From: Cenarchaeum sp.
Lineage (GTDB): Archaea > Thermoproteota > Nitrososphaeria > Nitrososphaerales > Nitrosopumilaceae
Assembly (NCBI GenBank): GCA_963693095.2
Contig: OY843768.1
Span: 1,728,001 to 1,792,000 of the forward strand
Length of the DNA: 64,000 nucleotides
Direction of reading: 5' to 3'
Each line of letters begins with the position of its first letter. Position 1 is the stretch's first letter. Position numbers and translations under genes: made by a program. Of the stretch, positions 30,798 through 41,024 are shown one piece after another. The notes beneath the pieces were generated by a model that worked only from the letters and a program-made list of their open reading frames with translations, was not told where the DNA came from and did not search any database.

Positions 30798-32918
30798 ATG
30801 GATATCCCGCTGTGGCCACTCGCCCTCGTGCTCCTCATGCCACTCATCGCCGCGCACGCCGATGCGCCCCTTGCGGCAGTTCACGAGATAGCCCTTGCGT
30901 CTGTGGACCTTGCCGCCGAGGGACTAGAGGCCGGCGACGTGGACACGGCGGCCGCACACGCGAGATTCGCCGCCGAGTTCTTTGCGACCCATGCCTCGGG
31001 CAACGAGGATGCCCACCTCCTGCTCCTTGACGTCAGCACACTAGTCTCCCTGGGCGACATCGAGCGCGCCTCGCGCGCCGCCGAGTCCGCCTCTGAGGAG
31101 CTTTACCGCGGCGTTGGCACCATGGGTTCGGCCGACCACGTTGAGCTGCTCGCCGTTGCACAAAAGGCGTATCGCGAGGCAACGATATACGGCAATGTCG
31201 CCTCTGCCGAGCTTGCAATCGCGCTGGCCTCGCGCGTGGCCGAGCTTGCCCCCGATGATCGCCTTGATTCCATTGTGGCTCGCATGCGCGCAAATGATGC
31301 CGACTATGAGGGAGTTGCCGGAGACATTGCGTACGCGCAGCGCACTCTCTTTGGCGCAAGCTCTGTGACAGTGGATCCGGCTCACCTCTACGTGACAATC
31401 AGGTCGCTAAACGAAGGCGTGATCGAGGCTGCCACAGCAGACAACTATGAGCTCGCCGACGCGCGCGCCGTGGAGGCGTACCTTGACAACTTTGAGTACC
31501 TCGAGCCGCTCATCGAACAGGTCGACGAGGATCTCATGCTCTCACTAGAGGTCGCAATGCGCGAGCGCCTGCGCGAGCTGATCGCCGATCGTGCCGAGCC
31601 TGCGCTCCTGCGATCGCATATCGAGGAGGCCATACTGCCCGACCTTGCGCGAGCCGAGATCCTCACGGCAGATCTCGAGTACGGTGACGCCGTGGCCAGC
31701 GCGCTTGCCACGCCGGGCGCCTCCACTGCGCGCATGGGATCTGCCTCTGAGGTACAAAAGTCGACGGTTCGCACAGAGATAGACGAAATTAGGGCGCTGC
31801 TCACCGAGGCGTCTAGGAGCCACAGGGCCGGCGAGTACGAGGAGGCCTATGCCGCCACACGCTCGGCGTACCTTGACAGCTATGAGCTCATCGAGGTTCC
31901 GTTGCGCACGATCAGCCCCGACTTTACGCTCGAAGTCGAGCACCAGTTCGCCGAGCTGAGAAACCTCGTGCGCGGGCCGGCCGAGCGCGAGGACGTCAGG
32001 GCAATGATCGCCGCAATAGAGCGCAACCTTGACGAGTCTGAGCTCCTAGTCGGGGGAACCGGCACGCTCGCGCCGGCGATCGCGCTAATGGCCTCCTTTG
32101 CGATAATATTCCGCGAGGGCCTCGAGTCGGTCCTCATACTCGGCGCGATACTCGCGTACCTCGAGGCCACGCGCAACACGCGCTTCAAGCCGCACCTCAT
32201 GTATGGCGTTGTCGCCGGAATTGGGGCAACGGGCGTGACGTGGGTCATTGCGCAGTATGTCATCGAGATATCCGGCGCGAGCCGCGAGCTCATCGAGGCA
32301 GTCGCCGCACTCTCGGCGACGGCCGTGCTCTTTTATGTCAGCTTTTGGGTTCTCAACAAGATAGAGCACAAAAAATGGATGGAGTTTGTAAAGGCAAAAG
32401 TCTGGCAGGCGACCACAACTGGCAGCGCGACAGTCTTTGTCATGCTGTCGTTCTTTACCGTGTACCGCGAGGGCTTTGAGACGGTTCTCTTTTACCAGGC
32501 AATGATTAGCTTTGCGCGCTATTCAGAGATATACGTCATCCTTGGCCTCATCCTCGGCCTCGTCGCGCTCCTCGCCGTCTATTACGGCATGCGCCGACTC
32601 GGCAAGCGCCTGCCGCTGCGCGCGCTCTTTGGCCTGACTATGGGCGTTGGCGCATACCTCTCGATAGCGTTCCTCGGCAACGCCGTGCGCGAGCTCCAGG
32701 TTCTCGACATCGTCCCATACACGTCGATGCTCGGGACGATACCGCGCCTTGACATCAACCTCGCAACGATGACGGGAATATACCCGACACTAGAGACGAC
32801 AGTCGCGCAGATTGTCCTCTTTGGCGTGTATGTCGTGGCGTCCTCGTACGTCCTGATCATGCGCCCGCGCCGCGCCGCGCGCCTCGAGGCCATGCGCAAG
32901 TCAAGGAGGGACGCATAG
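30798..32918 (+). CDS. FTR1-family iron permease with an extracellular N-terminal domain
   Basis: Two RExxE motifs (FREGLE, YREGFE) in the TM domain. Confidence 0.93.
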   Translation: MDIPLWPLALVLLMPLIAAHADAPLAAVHEIALASVDLAAEGLEAGDVDTAAAHARFAAEFFATHASGNEDAHLLLLDVSTLVSLGDIERASRAAESASEELYRGVGTMGSADHVELLAVAQKAYREATIYGNVASAELAIALASRVAELAPDDRLDSIVARMRANDADYEGVAGDIAYAQRTLFGASSVTVDPAHLYVTIRSLNEGVIEAATADNYELADARAVEAYLDNFEYLEPLIEQVDEDLMLSLEVAMRERLRELIADRAEPALLRSHIEEAILPDLARAEILTADLEYGDAVASALATPGASTARMGSASEVQKSTVRTEIDEIRALLTEASRSHRAGEYEEAYAATRSAYLDSYELIEVPLRTISPDFTLEVEHQFAELRNLVRGPAEREDVRAMIAAIERNLDESELLVGGTGTLAPAIALMASFAIIFREGLESVLILGAILAYLEATRNTRFKPHLMYGVVAGIGATGVTWVIAQYVIEISGASRELIEAVAALSATAVLFYVSFWVLNKIEHKKWMEFVKAKVWQATTTGSATVFVMLSFFTVYREGFETVLFYQAMISFARYSEIYVILGLILGLVALLAVYYGMRRLGKRLPLRALFGLTMGVGAYLSIAFLGNAVRELQVLDIVPYTSMLGTIPRLDINLATMTGIYPTLETTVAQIVLFGVYVVASSYVLIMRPRRAARLEAMRKSRRDA

Positions 32919-35014
32919 TGAGGCGCGTGCGAATCGGCATCGACGTCGGCGGGACATTCACAAAGGCCGTCGCCGTCGAGACGCGAACCGGCGCAATAGT
33001 CAGGCGCTCAGTCGTGCCCACGACGCACGCTGCGCCAACGGGCGTCGCCGAGGGCATACTCGAGTCGCTCTCTGACATCCTCTCTAGTGGCGAGATCGAC
33101 CCCTCAGAGGTCGAGCTCATATCGCACAGCACGACGCAGGCGATCAACGCGCTCCTCGAGTCAGACACGGCTAGGGTCGGCATGGTCGCCATGGGAGTCG
33201 GGCCGGAACGTCGTGACGTGATGAAGCGCACCGCACTCAAGGACGGCGACGGCTCTGTGAGCGCAGAGCGCGAGTTTCTCGACACGTCACACGTGCTGAC
33301 TGCCGGCGAGGTCGACGGCGCGATATCCGCGCTGCGCTCAAGGGGCGCTGAGGTCATACTCGCAGCCGAGGCCTTTGGCGTCGATGACCCGTCTAATGAG
33401 ATCTTTGTAATGGAGGGCGCCGCGCGCGCCGGACTTCCGGCGACGGCCTCGCATGAGGTCTCTGGCGCATACGGCCTCGAGATCCGCTCAACGACGGCGG
33501 CGATGAACGCTAGCGTCCTGCCCACTGCGGCGCGCGTCGCCGGCCACGTCGAGCGTGCAGTCAAGGGCCTTGGCGTGAACGCGCCGCTCATGATCATGCG
33601 CGGGGATGGCGGCGTGACGAGCATGGAGACGTTTCGCACGAGGCCCATACTCACGGTCCTCTCCGGACCGGCCGCTAGCGTCGCCGGCGCGCTACTCCAC
33701 CTTCGCATCGCCGATGGCATATTCATCGAGGTCGGCGGGACGAGCACGAACATCTGCGTCATCAGGGGAGGCAAGCCCGAGGTTCGCTATGTCACAATAC
33801 AGGGCAAGCCCACATGCGTGAGATCCCTTGATGTCAGGGTCATCGGGTCTGCCGGAGGGAGCATGGTCCGGCACCACTCGCGCGGCGTCTGGACGGCCGG
33901 ATCGCGAAGCGCGCACATTGCGGGCCTGCGCTATGCGTGCTATGCGGATGCTGCCGAGCTGCGCTCAGGCACGCTAGTCACGATCAGGCCCACGCCCAAT
34001 GATGAGGAGGAGTATGTCGCCATACGCTGCGAGTCAGCAACATATGCGGTCACAAACACGTGCGCGGCCAACGCGCTGGGACTGGTTCCCGAGGGGGACT
34101 ATTCGCGCTCTAGTCCGGACTCGGCGCGCGCGGCAATGGAGATGCTAGGTGCGCAGACTGACACGCCATACTCGGAGGTCGCGCGGTCCATCATACAGAC
34201 ATCGTCCTTTGGAATAACAAAGGAGGTCAGCCGCATAATGAAGGAGTACTCTATGGACACGTCAACGACGCGCGTCATTGGGGCGGGTGGGGGCGCATCA
34301 GTCCTAGCGCCCTTTGTCGCAAAGCAGCTTGGCCTCGAGTACCAAAAGGCCGACAACGCCGAGGTCATATCGTCGATAGGCGCGGCCTCCTCGATGCTCC
34401 AAGAGTCCTCTGAGGTGTCAATGGCAAACCCCACGCCCGAGGCGATACACGCAGCATGCAGGGACGTGCACGCAGCGCTTGTCGCACGCGGCGCGGTCCC
34501 AGAGTCGATCATAGTCGACTCCAAGCACGATTCTGATCGTGCGACCCTGCGCGTCAGCGCAGTCGGCAACGTGGAGCTCGACTCGGCCGGCGCGCCGCAC
34601 TCGGCCTTTACGCTCGATGAGGCGCGCGCACGCGCCGCCGAGGTCATGCGCTTGCCTGCCGGCCTCGTGGATCTCAGCTTTGAGTCGGACAGCTATCTCG
34701 TCTTTACGGGCAGGGCCCGCAAGAGGCGCGTCCTTGGCACAAAGGTCCAGCGCCGCGTTCTCGTCCTCGACCGCTATGGGCGCGCAAAGCTCTCCCTAGA
34801 TGACGCGCTAGTCGTGCAGGGCGGCCGCAACTCGATCATCGAGGAGCTCGGCGAGATCTCCTCAAAGCGCTCCTCTGTCGTCGCTGCGCGCACGTACCTC
34901 ATCGATGACATGAGGCTAGTCGACTATTCGGCACTGACTGACAGCACACGCGTCATCGAGGCAGCACGCGCAGAGCTTGGCGACTCGCGCGCCGCCGTGA
35001 TAGTCGAGGCCTAG
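32918..35014 (+). CDS. Hydantoinase/oxoprolinase family protein
   Basis: GIDVGGTFT, LSGPAAS, EVGGTSTN motifs. Confidence 0.88.
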   Translation: MRRVRIGIDVGGTFTKAVAVETRTGAIVRRSVVPTTHAAPTGVAEGILESLSDILSSGEIDPSEVELISHSTTQAINALLESDTARVGMVAMGVGPERRDVMKRTALKDGDGSVSAEREFLDTSHVLTAGEVDGAISALRSRGAEVILAAEAFGVDDPSNEIFVMEGAARAGLPATASHEVSGAYGLEIRSTTAAMNASVLPTAARVAGHVERAVKGLGVNAPLMIMRGDGGVTSMETFRTRPILTVLSGPAASVAGALLHLRIADGIFIEVGGTSTNICVIRGGKPEVRYVTIQGKPTCVRSLDVRVIGSAGGSMVRHHSRGVWTAGSRSAHIAGLRYACYADAAELRSGTLVTIRPTPNDEEEYVAIRCESATYAVTNTCAANALGLVPEGDYSRSSPDSARAAMEMLGAQTDTPYSEVARSIIQTSSFGITKEVSRIMKEYSMDTSTTRVIGAGGGASVLAPFVAKQLGLEYQKADNAEVISSIGAASSMLQESSEVSMANPTPEAIHAACRDVHAALVARGAVPESIIVDSKHDSDRATLRVSAVGNVELDSAGAPHSAFTLDEARARAAEVMRLPAGLVDLSFESDSYLVFTGRARKRRVLGTKVQRRVLVLDRYGRAKLSLDDALVVQGGRNSIIEELGEISSKRSSVVAARTYLIDDMRLVDYSALTDSTRVIEAARAELGDSRAAVIVEA

Positions 35015-35063
35015 GGGCACGAGCGCCGCACTGCGGGACACACGCCCCGCGAGATCATTATAG

Positions 35064-35137
35064 TGGGCCGAGAGAGATTCGAACTCACGACCTCTGCCGT
35101 GTCGAGGCAGCATCCTAACCAACTAGACCACCGGCCC
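35064..35137 (-). tRNA. tRNA-Val(GAC)
   Basis: GGGCCGG...CTGCC-TC-GAC-AC-GGCAG...GTTCGAATC...CGGCCCA cloverleaf. Confidence 0.9.
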
Positions 35138-35263
35138 GCTATGCGAGCGCCCCCCGGCACCGACGCTATTAACGTTTAGCGCGACAGTCGCCCATGGCGC
35201 CCACATCGCCGCCGCGTCCGGGCGTCGCATGAGTTAAAGGCAGGCGCACGGTGCGCCGCTGCC

Positions 35264-35974
35264 GTGGGCACGGACTTTAGCGAGGCTGACAGGCGCGGAC
35301 TCTATCGCGCCATACACACGAGGCGCGACGTTCGGTCGCACTTTTCACAGCGCCCCATAGATGATGCGGCACTGGTGCGCATTCTCGATGCGGCGCACCA
35401 TGCGCCCTCTGTTGGATTTTCACAGCCGTGGGACTTTGTCCTCGTGCGTGACGAGGGCACGCGCCGCCAGATTCGGCAGTCCTTTGAGGGGGCACGCGCC
35501 GCGGCGGCCTCTGAGCTAAAGGGTGAGCGCCGCACCGCATACGAGTCGCTAAAGCTCGAAGGGATCATGGAGTCGGCGCTAAACGTGTGCGTGACGTATG
35601 ACCACGCGCGCTTTGGCCCGTTCGTCATCGGGCGTTCGAGCATGCCCGAGGCCGGCGTCTATAGCGTCTGCTGCGCGATCCAGAACCTCTGGCTTGCTGC
35701 GCGCGCCGAGGGCATCGGCGTCGGCTGGGTGAGCATACTCTCGACGAGTGACCTGCGCGACGCCCTCGCGCTGCCCGAGTCGATCACGCCAATCGCGTAT
35801 CTCTGCGTCGGCCACGTCGAGGAGTTTGCCGCCAAGCCGGATCTCGAGGAGGCCGGATGGCTCGGGCGCATGGCCCTGAGCGACGTCATCCACTATGAGC
35901 GCTGGGGCTCCCGAACAGACCCGTCGTGGGAGAGCATCGGCGGCCTCATCGCGCAAAATCTGGACTACGCTTAA
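35264..35974 (+). CDS. bluB: 5,6-dimethylbenzimidazole synthase
   Basis: RRDVR, HHAPSVGFSQPW, LKLEGI, NLWLAARAEGIGVGWVS motifs. Confidence 0.93.
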   Translation: MGTDFSEADRRGLYRAIHTRRDVRSHFSQRPIDDAALVRILDAAHHAPSVGFSQPWDFVLVRDEGTRRQIRQSFEGARAAAASELKGERRTAYESLKLEGIMESALNVCVTYDHARFGPFVIGRSSMPEAGVYSVCCAIQNLWLAARAEGIGVGWVSILSTSDLRDALALPESITPIAYLCVGHVEEFAAKPDLEEAGWLGRMALSDVIHYERWGSRTDPSWESIGGLIAQNLDYA

Positions 35975-35999
35975 ATAATTACGCCCGCTCGCGCGCTGC

Positions 36000-36094
36000 G
36001 GGTTCGTGGCGCAGAGCCGCAAGTCGGCGCGTAGCATGGATAGCGCGGTAGCCTCCTAAGTTACAGGTCGAGGGATCGAAGCCCTCCGAACCCG
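36000..36094 (+). tRNA. tRNA-Arg(CCT) with a ~20-nt intron in the D-stem (about 36012..36031)
   Basis: Acceptor stem GGGTTCG/CGAACCC; anticodon arm GTAGC-CT-CCT-AA-GTTAC; T arm GAGGG-ATCGAAG-CCCTC; 20 extra nt after base 12. Confidence 0.85.
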
Positions 36095-36102
36095 CTATAC
36101 AG

Positions 36103-36606
36103 CTAGACGCCGGCGAGTTCCAGCTCAAAGTCGCGCTCTATTATGCTCCACGCCGACTCGACAGTCACGGTTCCAGACACGGCATACGTGCTGACCGCGC
36201 CGGCGATGACGGCGTCATAGAGCGTCGCGTTCTCTGCGTCTCGAACCATGTACGCGATCGACTTTAGCGGTATGGTCTTGTCTGTCGTAAAGACCACGCG
36301 GCCCGGCATCGCGACGTCTGCGGTGGAATACTCGCCGCTGGCGATCTTTTCGCCGCCTGCCGAGATGGCATAGCTGATGCTCGGTATCGTGAAGGTCTTC
36401 TCTGACGGGTTTCTGACATCAAAGGTCACCGAGAGGCGCGCGCGGCCCGCAATCGAGTCGACCTGGGTGACCTCGACGGTTCCTGAGACCATCTCGACGC
36501 TTTCAAGTGACTCATTGTCAAGGCTCGCATAGTAGACAAATCCGGCCATCATGGCCAATAGGCCGCCTATGGCGGCAAACACGGTCATCCTGCTCTGGAG
36601 CTTCAT
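36103..36606 (-). CDS. Membrane-anchored LEA_2-like protein
   Basis: N-terminal TM; VRNPS motif. Confidence 0.68.
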   Translation of the reverse strand: MKLQSRMTVFAAIGGLLAMMAGFVYYASLDNESLESVEMVSGTVEVTQVDSIAGRARLSVTFDVRNPSEKTFTIPSISYAISAGGEKIASGEYSTADVAMPGRVVFTTDKTIPLKSIAYMVRDAENATLYDAVIAGAVSTYAVSGTVTVESAWSIIERDFELELAGV

Positions 36607-36786
36607 ACGCGCACGCGCGCCGTTGGCAGGTAAAAAAGGCTTGGTCATGGCGACAGTAGGGGTGCGTGTCCGGAGGGGTGCGCGATGACTGGTGCGCCAC
36701 GGGACGAGCTCCATGGCTGACTCGAGACGGCCTGCACGCGACTGCCACCAATGGCTAATATTGCCACCGCCGGCCCATGCGCGCAC

Positions 36787-37281
36787 ATGGCAATAGAGCA
36801 GGCTCTCCTGACGTGGGCGCACCTGACTGCGGCATCGGTCTGGGTGGGGGGAAGCCTCTTTCTTGGAATTGTGCTAGCGCCGATCCTAAAGCGCACGGGA
36901 ATGAGTGCGGCCGAGCGCATCGCGTTCATGGTCCTCGTCGGCAGGCGCTTTAACTGGGTGGCAGTTCCCGCACTCGCACTGCTCGTCGGAACCGGCGTGC
37001 ACATGTCCGGCGCGCTCCTTGGCCGGCCCGACCTTCTCCTTGCGTCCGGCTACGGGGTGTGGCTTGCGATAAAGGTGGCACTCGTCGTCGCGCTAATCGT
37101 CACGTTTGCGGTTCACGTCTGGATTGTGCGCGGGAGCGTCGAGGCACAGATCAGGAATGGCCTCCTTGACGGCGCCGCACTCGCCTCACTGCGCAAAAAG
37201 ATCATCGTGCTCGGCGAGGCGATGGTCGTGATGTCAGTCGTCATACTGTTTCTTGCCGCCCTCCTCGACGCAGGCGCGTGA
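36787..37281 (+). CDS. CopD-like membrane protein
   Basis: WAHLTAASVWVGGSLF and YGVWLAIKVALV motifs. Confidence 0.8.
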   Translation: MAIEQALLTWAHLTAASVWVGGSLFLGIVLAPILKRTGMSAAERIAFMVLVGRRFNWVAVPALALLVGTGVHMSGALLGRPDLLLASGYGVWLAIKVALVVALIVTFAVHVWIVRGSVEAQIRNGLLDGAALASLRKKIIVLGEAMVVMSVVILFLAALLDAGA

Positions 37282-37315
37282 TGCTTTAAACGTGGGCTGT
37301 CGTGCCACGCCTCGC

Positions 37316-37819
37316 ATGAACGGGCTTCTCGTCGGGCGGTTCCAGCCGTTTCACCTGGGTCACATCGAGGCGATCCGCTTTGCGCTGGTTCGCTCCGAGT
37401 CGCTCTGGCTCTGCATTGGGAGCTCCAATGCGACACAGGACGCGAAAAACCCGTTCAGCCTTGCTGAGCGCCAGGAGATGATAGACTCGTCACTTGATGA
37501 TGACACGGCGCGGCGTGTGAGGGTCTATGCGATTCCCGACTATGACGACCACGCGAGGTGGATAGCGGAGATCAACGCGACGGTGCCCGAGTACGACGTC
37601 GTCTATACCAACGACGAGACGAGCGCGGCGATGTTCAGGAGGCGCGGCAGGGAGACCGTCGAGATAGCCCTCGACTCGCGCGAGACGCTTGAGGGCTCGC
37701 GGATTCGCGCCGGGATCGCCGCCGGCAGGGACGTCTCGGACCTCGTTCCGGCCGGAACCGCGCGCGTCCTGGCCGGGATAGGCGCGCCTGCGCGCCTTGC
37801 GGCCTTTAACTATAAATGA
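37316..37819 (+). CDS. Nicotinamide-nucleotide adenylyltransferase
   Basis: GRFQPFHLGH and NPFSLAER motifs. Confidence 0.92.
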   Translation: MNGLLVGRFQPFHLGHIEAIRFALVRSESLWLCIGSSNATQDAKNPFSLAERQEMIDSSLDDDTARRVRVYAIPDYDDHARWIAEINATVPEYDVVYTNDETSAAMFRRRGRETVEIALDSRETLEGSRIRAGIAAGRDVSDLVPAGTARVLAGIGAPARLAAFNYK

Positions 37820-37852
37820 CGAGGGCGCGGTGGGGTCGGCGGCAAGATCGCC

Positions 37853-39001
37853 TTGGAGTACCTAGTTATGCTGCCCGGCCCGACGAACGTTCCTGAGCGT
37901 GTCATGCGCGCAATGTACGTGCCCATGATAAACCACAGGAGCGACGACTTTGTGGGTCTCTACGAGCGCTGCGTCGAGAGCACAAAGAGCGTCTTTCGCA
38001 CATCTGGTGATGCCGTCTGCCTCTCGGCGTCAGGAACCGGCGCAGTCGAGGCCAGCGTCGTCAATGTCGTCCAAAAGGGCGACAAGGTCATCATTCCGGT
38101 TAACGGCGAGTTTAGCGGGAGGCTAGCGCAGATGATAGAGTGGGCCGGCGGCAATGTCGTAAAGGTAGAGACTCCTCCGGGCAAGAGCGCGACGCTCGAT
38201 CAGGTTCGCGAGGCCTTTGACAACAATCCGGACGTAAAGGCGTTCTATTGCGTGTGGAACGAGACGTCGACGGGGACGATGATAAAGTACCTTGACCGCA
38301 TAAAGGACCTCACGGCACGAAACGACGCAATGTATGTTGTTGACGGCGTCTCGATCGTCGGCGGCGAGGAGCTCGAGATGGACAAGTGGGGAGTCGATGT
38401 CGCAATGACAGGCGCACAAAAGGCCTTTGCGGCCCCGCCGGGAATATCGCCTATATGCGTAAACGCGCGCGCAAAAAAGCACATGATCGCACACCCTCCA
38501 CGGTCAATGTACTTTAACCTCGCGCGATACTTCAAGTACTATGAGGAGGCAAAGCACACGCCGTTCACGCCGGCACTCCCGCTCCTCTACGCGTACAGGG
38601 AGGCACTTGACATCATACTCGAGGAGGGGCTTGACGCGAGGATTGCGCGGCACAGGACGTGCTCATCGGCACTCTATGCCGGCCTCGGCGCGATCGGCCT
38701 GACGCCGTTTGCCGATGAGGACTCGCGCTCAACGGTAGTCATCGCGCTAAACTACCTCGAGGGCCTCAAGGACTCTGAATTCCGCGGCACGCTCGCATCA
38801 AAGTTCCGCGTCCTCGTTGCCGGCGGATTTGGCGACCTAAAGGGCAGCGTCTTTCGCGTTGGGTGCATGGGCGAGGTCGGCCCGTACCACGTCATGCGCA
38901 CAATCTCGTCGATATCCTCGACGCTTGCGATGATGGGCCACAAGACTGACACACAGGCCGGACTAGAGGCCGCAGGCAACAAGCTGCGCGAACTCGCCTG
39001 A
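37853..39001 (+). CDS. Class V PLP aminotransferase (serine-pyruvate/alanine-glyoxylate type)
   Basis: MLPGPT, NETSTG, VDGVS, GAQKAFAAPPG motifs. Confidence 0.92.
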   Translation: MEYLVMLPGPTNVPERVMRAMYVPMINHRSDDFVGLYERCVESTKSVFRTSGDAVCLSASGTGAVEASVVNVVQKGDKVIIPVNGEFSGRLAQMIEWAGGNVVKVETPPGKSATLDQVREAFDNNPDVKAFYCVWNETSTGTMIKYLDRIKDLTARNDAMYVVDGVSIVGGEELEMDKWGVDVAMTGAQKAFAAPPGISPICVNARAKKHMIAHPPRSMYFNLARYFKYYEEAKHTPFTPALPLLYAYREALDIILEEGLDARIARHRTCSSALYAGLGAIGLTPFADEDSRSTVVIALNYLEGLKDSEFRGTLASKFRVLVAGGFGDLKGSVFRVGCMGEVGPYHVMRTISSISSTLAMMGHKTDTQAGLEAAGNKLRELA

Positions 39002-39167
39002 GCGCCAGATGCAAAGCCCTGCCCACACGAGCCTCACCTGATGACGCCCCTGCCATCTCTGTGAGCTCGCCTGCGCATTCCACGGCACCGCCATCAGTCT
39101 CCGGCGGGGCAGGGATGGCGCAGATTTCGGATCTGATTTAAATAAGGAAGTTTGAGCAGCACGCCTG

Positions 39168-39899
39168 TTGGCATTTGCCAAAGGCTCCCTGGTCCTAGTT
39201 GACTATGACGGCAAGGCAAAGGGAACAGAGGATGTCGTGGAGACCACGCGCAAGGCGCGCGTAGGCTTCGAGCCCGCACCACGCCTCATCGCAGTCGGCG
39301 AGGGCTGGGTTCTCAAGGGACTCGATGAGGAGCTCGCAAAGATGTCAGTCGACGAAAAGCGCTCAATAGAGATACCGCCGGACAGGGCATACGGCGTGCG
39401 CGATCCCAAGAAGGTCCGGATGATCCCGCTGCGCAAGCTCGGCGAGGACGCCGAAAAGGTCACAGTCGGCGACTCGATCAACCTTGATGGCCGTGATGGA
39501 ATCATACGCTATATCGGCTCGGGCAGGGTCCAGGTTGACTATAACCACAAGCATGCCGGCAAGACGATCGTCTACGAGATGCACGTCGTGCGTGCCCTAG
39601 AGGCCGACTCTGAAAAGGCCACTGCGATTATAGACAGGGGCATGGAGGGCATCGGCAAGGGGACGACGTCGACGCTCTCGGGGCAGACCCTTGAGGTCAT
39701 GGTTCCCAGGGCACTGTTCCGCGCCGAGGGCCTGCAGGCAGCAAAGCACATGATCCAGCACGACATGTTCAGGTTTGTGCCCGCCGTGCAGACGCTGCGC
39801 TTTGTCGAGGAGCACCGCGCCTCGCCCCCAAAGGAGACGGTCACAAGGGGCGAGTTCCTCAAAGAGACTGCGCCTGATGCGATCAAGCCACGCGCGTGA
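39168..39899 (+). CDS. Long-type FKBP peptidyl-prolyl isomerase (SlyD-like)
   Basis: IPPDRAYG and VDYNHKHAGK motifs. Confidence 0.9.
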   Translation: MAFAKGSLVLVDYDGKAKGTEDVVETTRKARVGFEPAPRLIAVGEGWVLKGLDEELAKMSVDEKRSIEIPPDRAYGVRDPKKVRMIPLRKLGEDAEKVTVGDSINLDGRDGIIRYIGSGRVQVDYNHKHAGKTIVYEMHVVRALEADSEKATAIIDRGMEGIGKGTTSTLSGQTLEVMVPRALFRAEGLQAAKHMIQHDMFRFVPAVQTLRFVEEHRASPPKETVTRGEFLKETAPDAIKPRA

Positions 39900-40917
39900 G
39901 GCGCGCAAGCGAGCGGGCTCTGCGCTCGGTGAGCCGGGCTCTTGCAAGTATCGTTCGGCGTCCTGGCCGCAGTGACTGCGCCATGAGGAGGGCCCGCACG
40001 ACATCATCCTCGCCTATTCCAATGTCTGCGGCGCGCACGGGCGCACCGACTGCGACGAGCGCGCGGCGTATGGCCTTCCAGTCCTGGCCCTGGAGGCTTG
40101 CGGTCATTATGGATCCAATGCCACACTTTTCGCCGTGGAGCCCCATGCCGGGGGCAATCCTGTCAAGTGCGTGCGAAAAGAGGTGCTCGGCGCCCGAGCA
40201 CGGCCTGCTGCTTCCGGCAATGCCGGCGGCCACGCCGGCGCTGATTAGGGCCTCGACGACAACGCGGACATTGGCACCGTCGCGCGCAAAGGCGCGCGCG
40301 TTGCCTATTACGGTCTGCGCTCCCATCCTGGCCAGGTTTGCCGCATACTCGCCGTAATACTCGCCCGTGTCATCACGCCCTATCTCCCAGTCGCGCACGG
40401 CAACAATGTTTGCGATGAGGTCGCCGCACCCGCTGGCAAGGAGCCTCGCCGGTGCCCTCTTGATGACTGCGATATCGACAAAGACGCCGAGGGGCGCGCC
40501 GGCCACCAGCGAGTGGGGCCTCGATGTTCCCCGGACCGAGACGAACGGGCTTGCAATCCCGTCATGCGAGGCCGCAGTGGGGACGCTGATAAACGGGACA
40601 CGCATCGTGTGGGCCGCCATCTTTGCCGCATCGACTGCGCGACCCCCCCCAAGGCCGGCGACGAGGCGGGGCCTTTTGCGGCCCATCTCAGAGGCCAGGC
40701 CCTTCAGGGATCGAGCGTCATTCTCCGGTGCGGCATGCCAGGAGACGGCCAGGCCTGCCCTGGCCATCGACGAGCCCACGGTTCGCCCTACGGCCCGCCG
40801 GACGTCCGGTCCGGCCACTATGGCCACCCTGCCGGCCCCCGTGAGCGAGGCGACAAAGGCCCCCAGGCGGCCCATCGTCCCCTCGCCTATGGCTATCCGC
40901 CGTGGAAGCTCCATCAT
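39883..40917 (-). CDS. egsA: sn-glycerol-1-phosphate dehydrogenase
   Basis: GGGRAVDAAK, PTAASHDGIASP, SRPCSGAEHLFSH, LHGEKCG; start could be as far up as 40965. Confidence 0.93.
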   Translation of the reverse strand: MMELPRRIAIGEGTMGRLGAFVASLTGAGRVAIVAGPDVRRAVGRTVGSSMARAGLAVSWHAAPENDARSLKGLASEMGRKRPRLVAGLGGGRAVDAAKMAAHTMRVPFISVPTAASHDGIASPFVSVRGTSRPHSLVAGAPLGVFVDIAVIKRAPARLLASGCGDLIANIVAVRDWEIGRDDTGEYYGEYAANLARMGAQTVIGNARAFARDGANVRVVVEALISAGVAAGIAGSSRPCSGAEHLFSHALDRIAPGMGLHGEKCGIGSIMTASLQGQDWKAIRRALVAVGAPVRAADIGIGEDDVVRALLMAQSLRPGRRTILARARLTERRARSLARLTRVA

Positions 40918-41024
40918 GTGGGGCCGCGCGCGTGCGCGCGAGGTCCTGCCCCCGCTCATGCCCACGCATGGCCAAAAAGTTATTTAAAAGGGTGTCCGGC
41001 GCGTGTGGCCATCAGGGAGCATTT

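Noticed and set aside
35064-36094. tRNA genes as integration sites
   Set aside because: No integrase and no duplicated tRNA 3' end nearby; the flanks are housekeeping genes.
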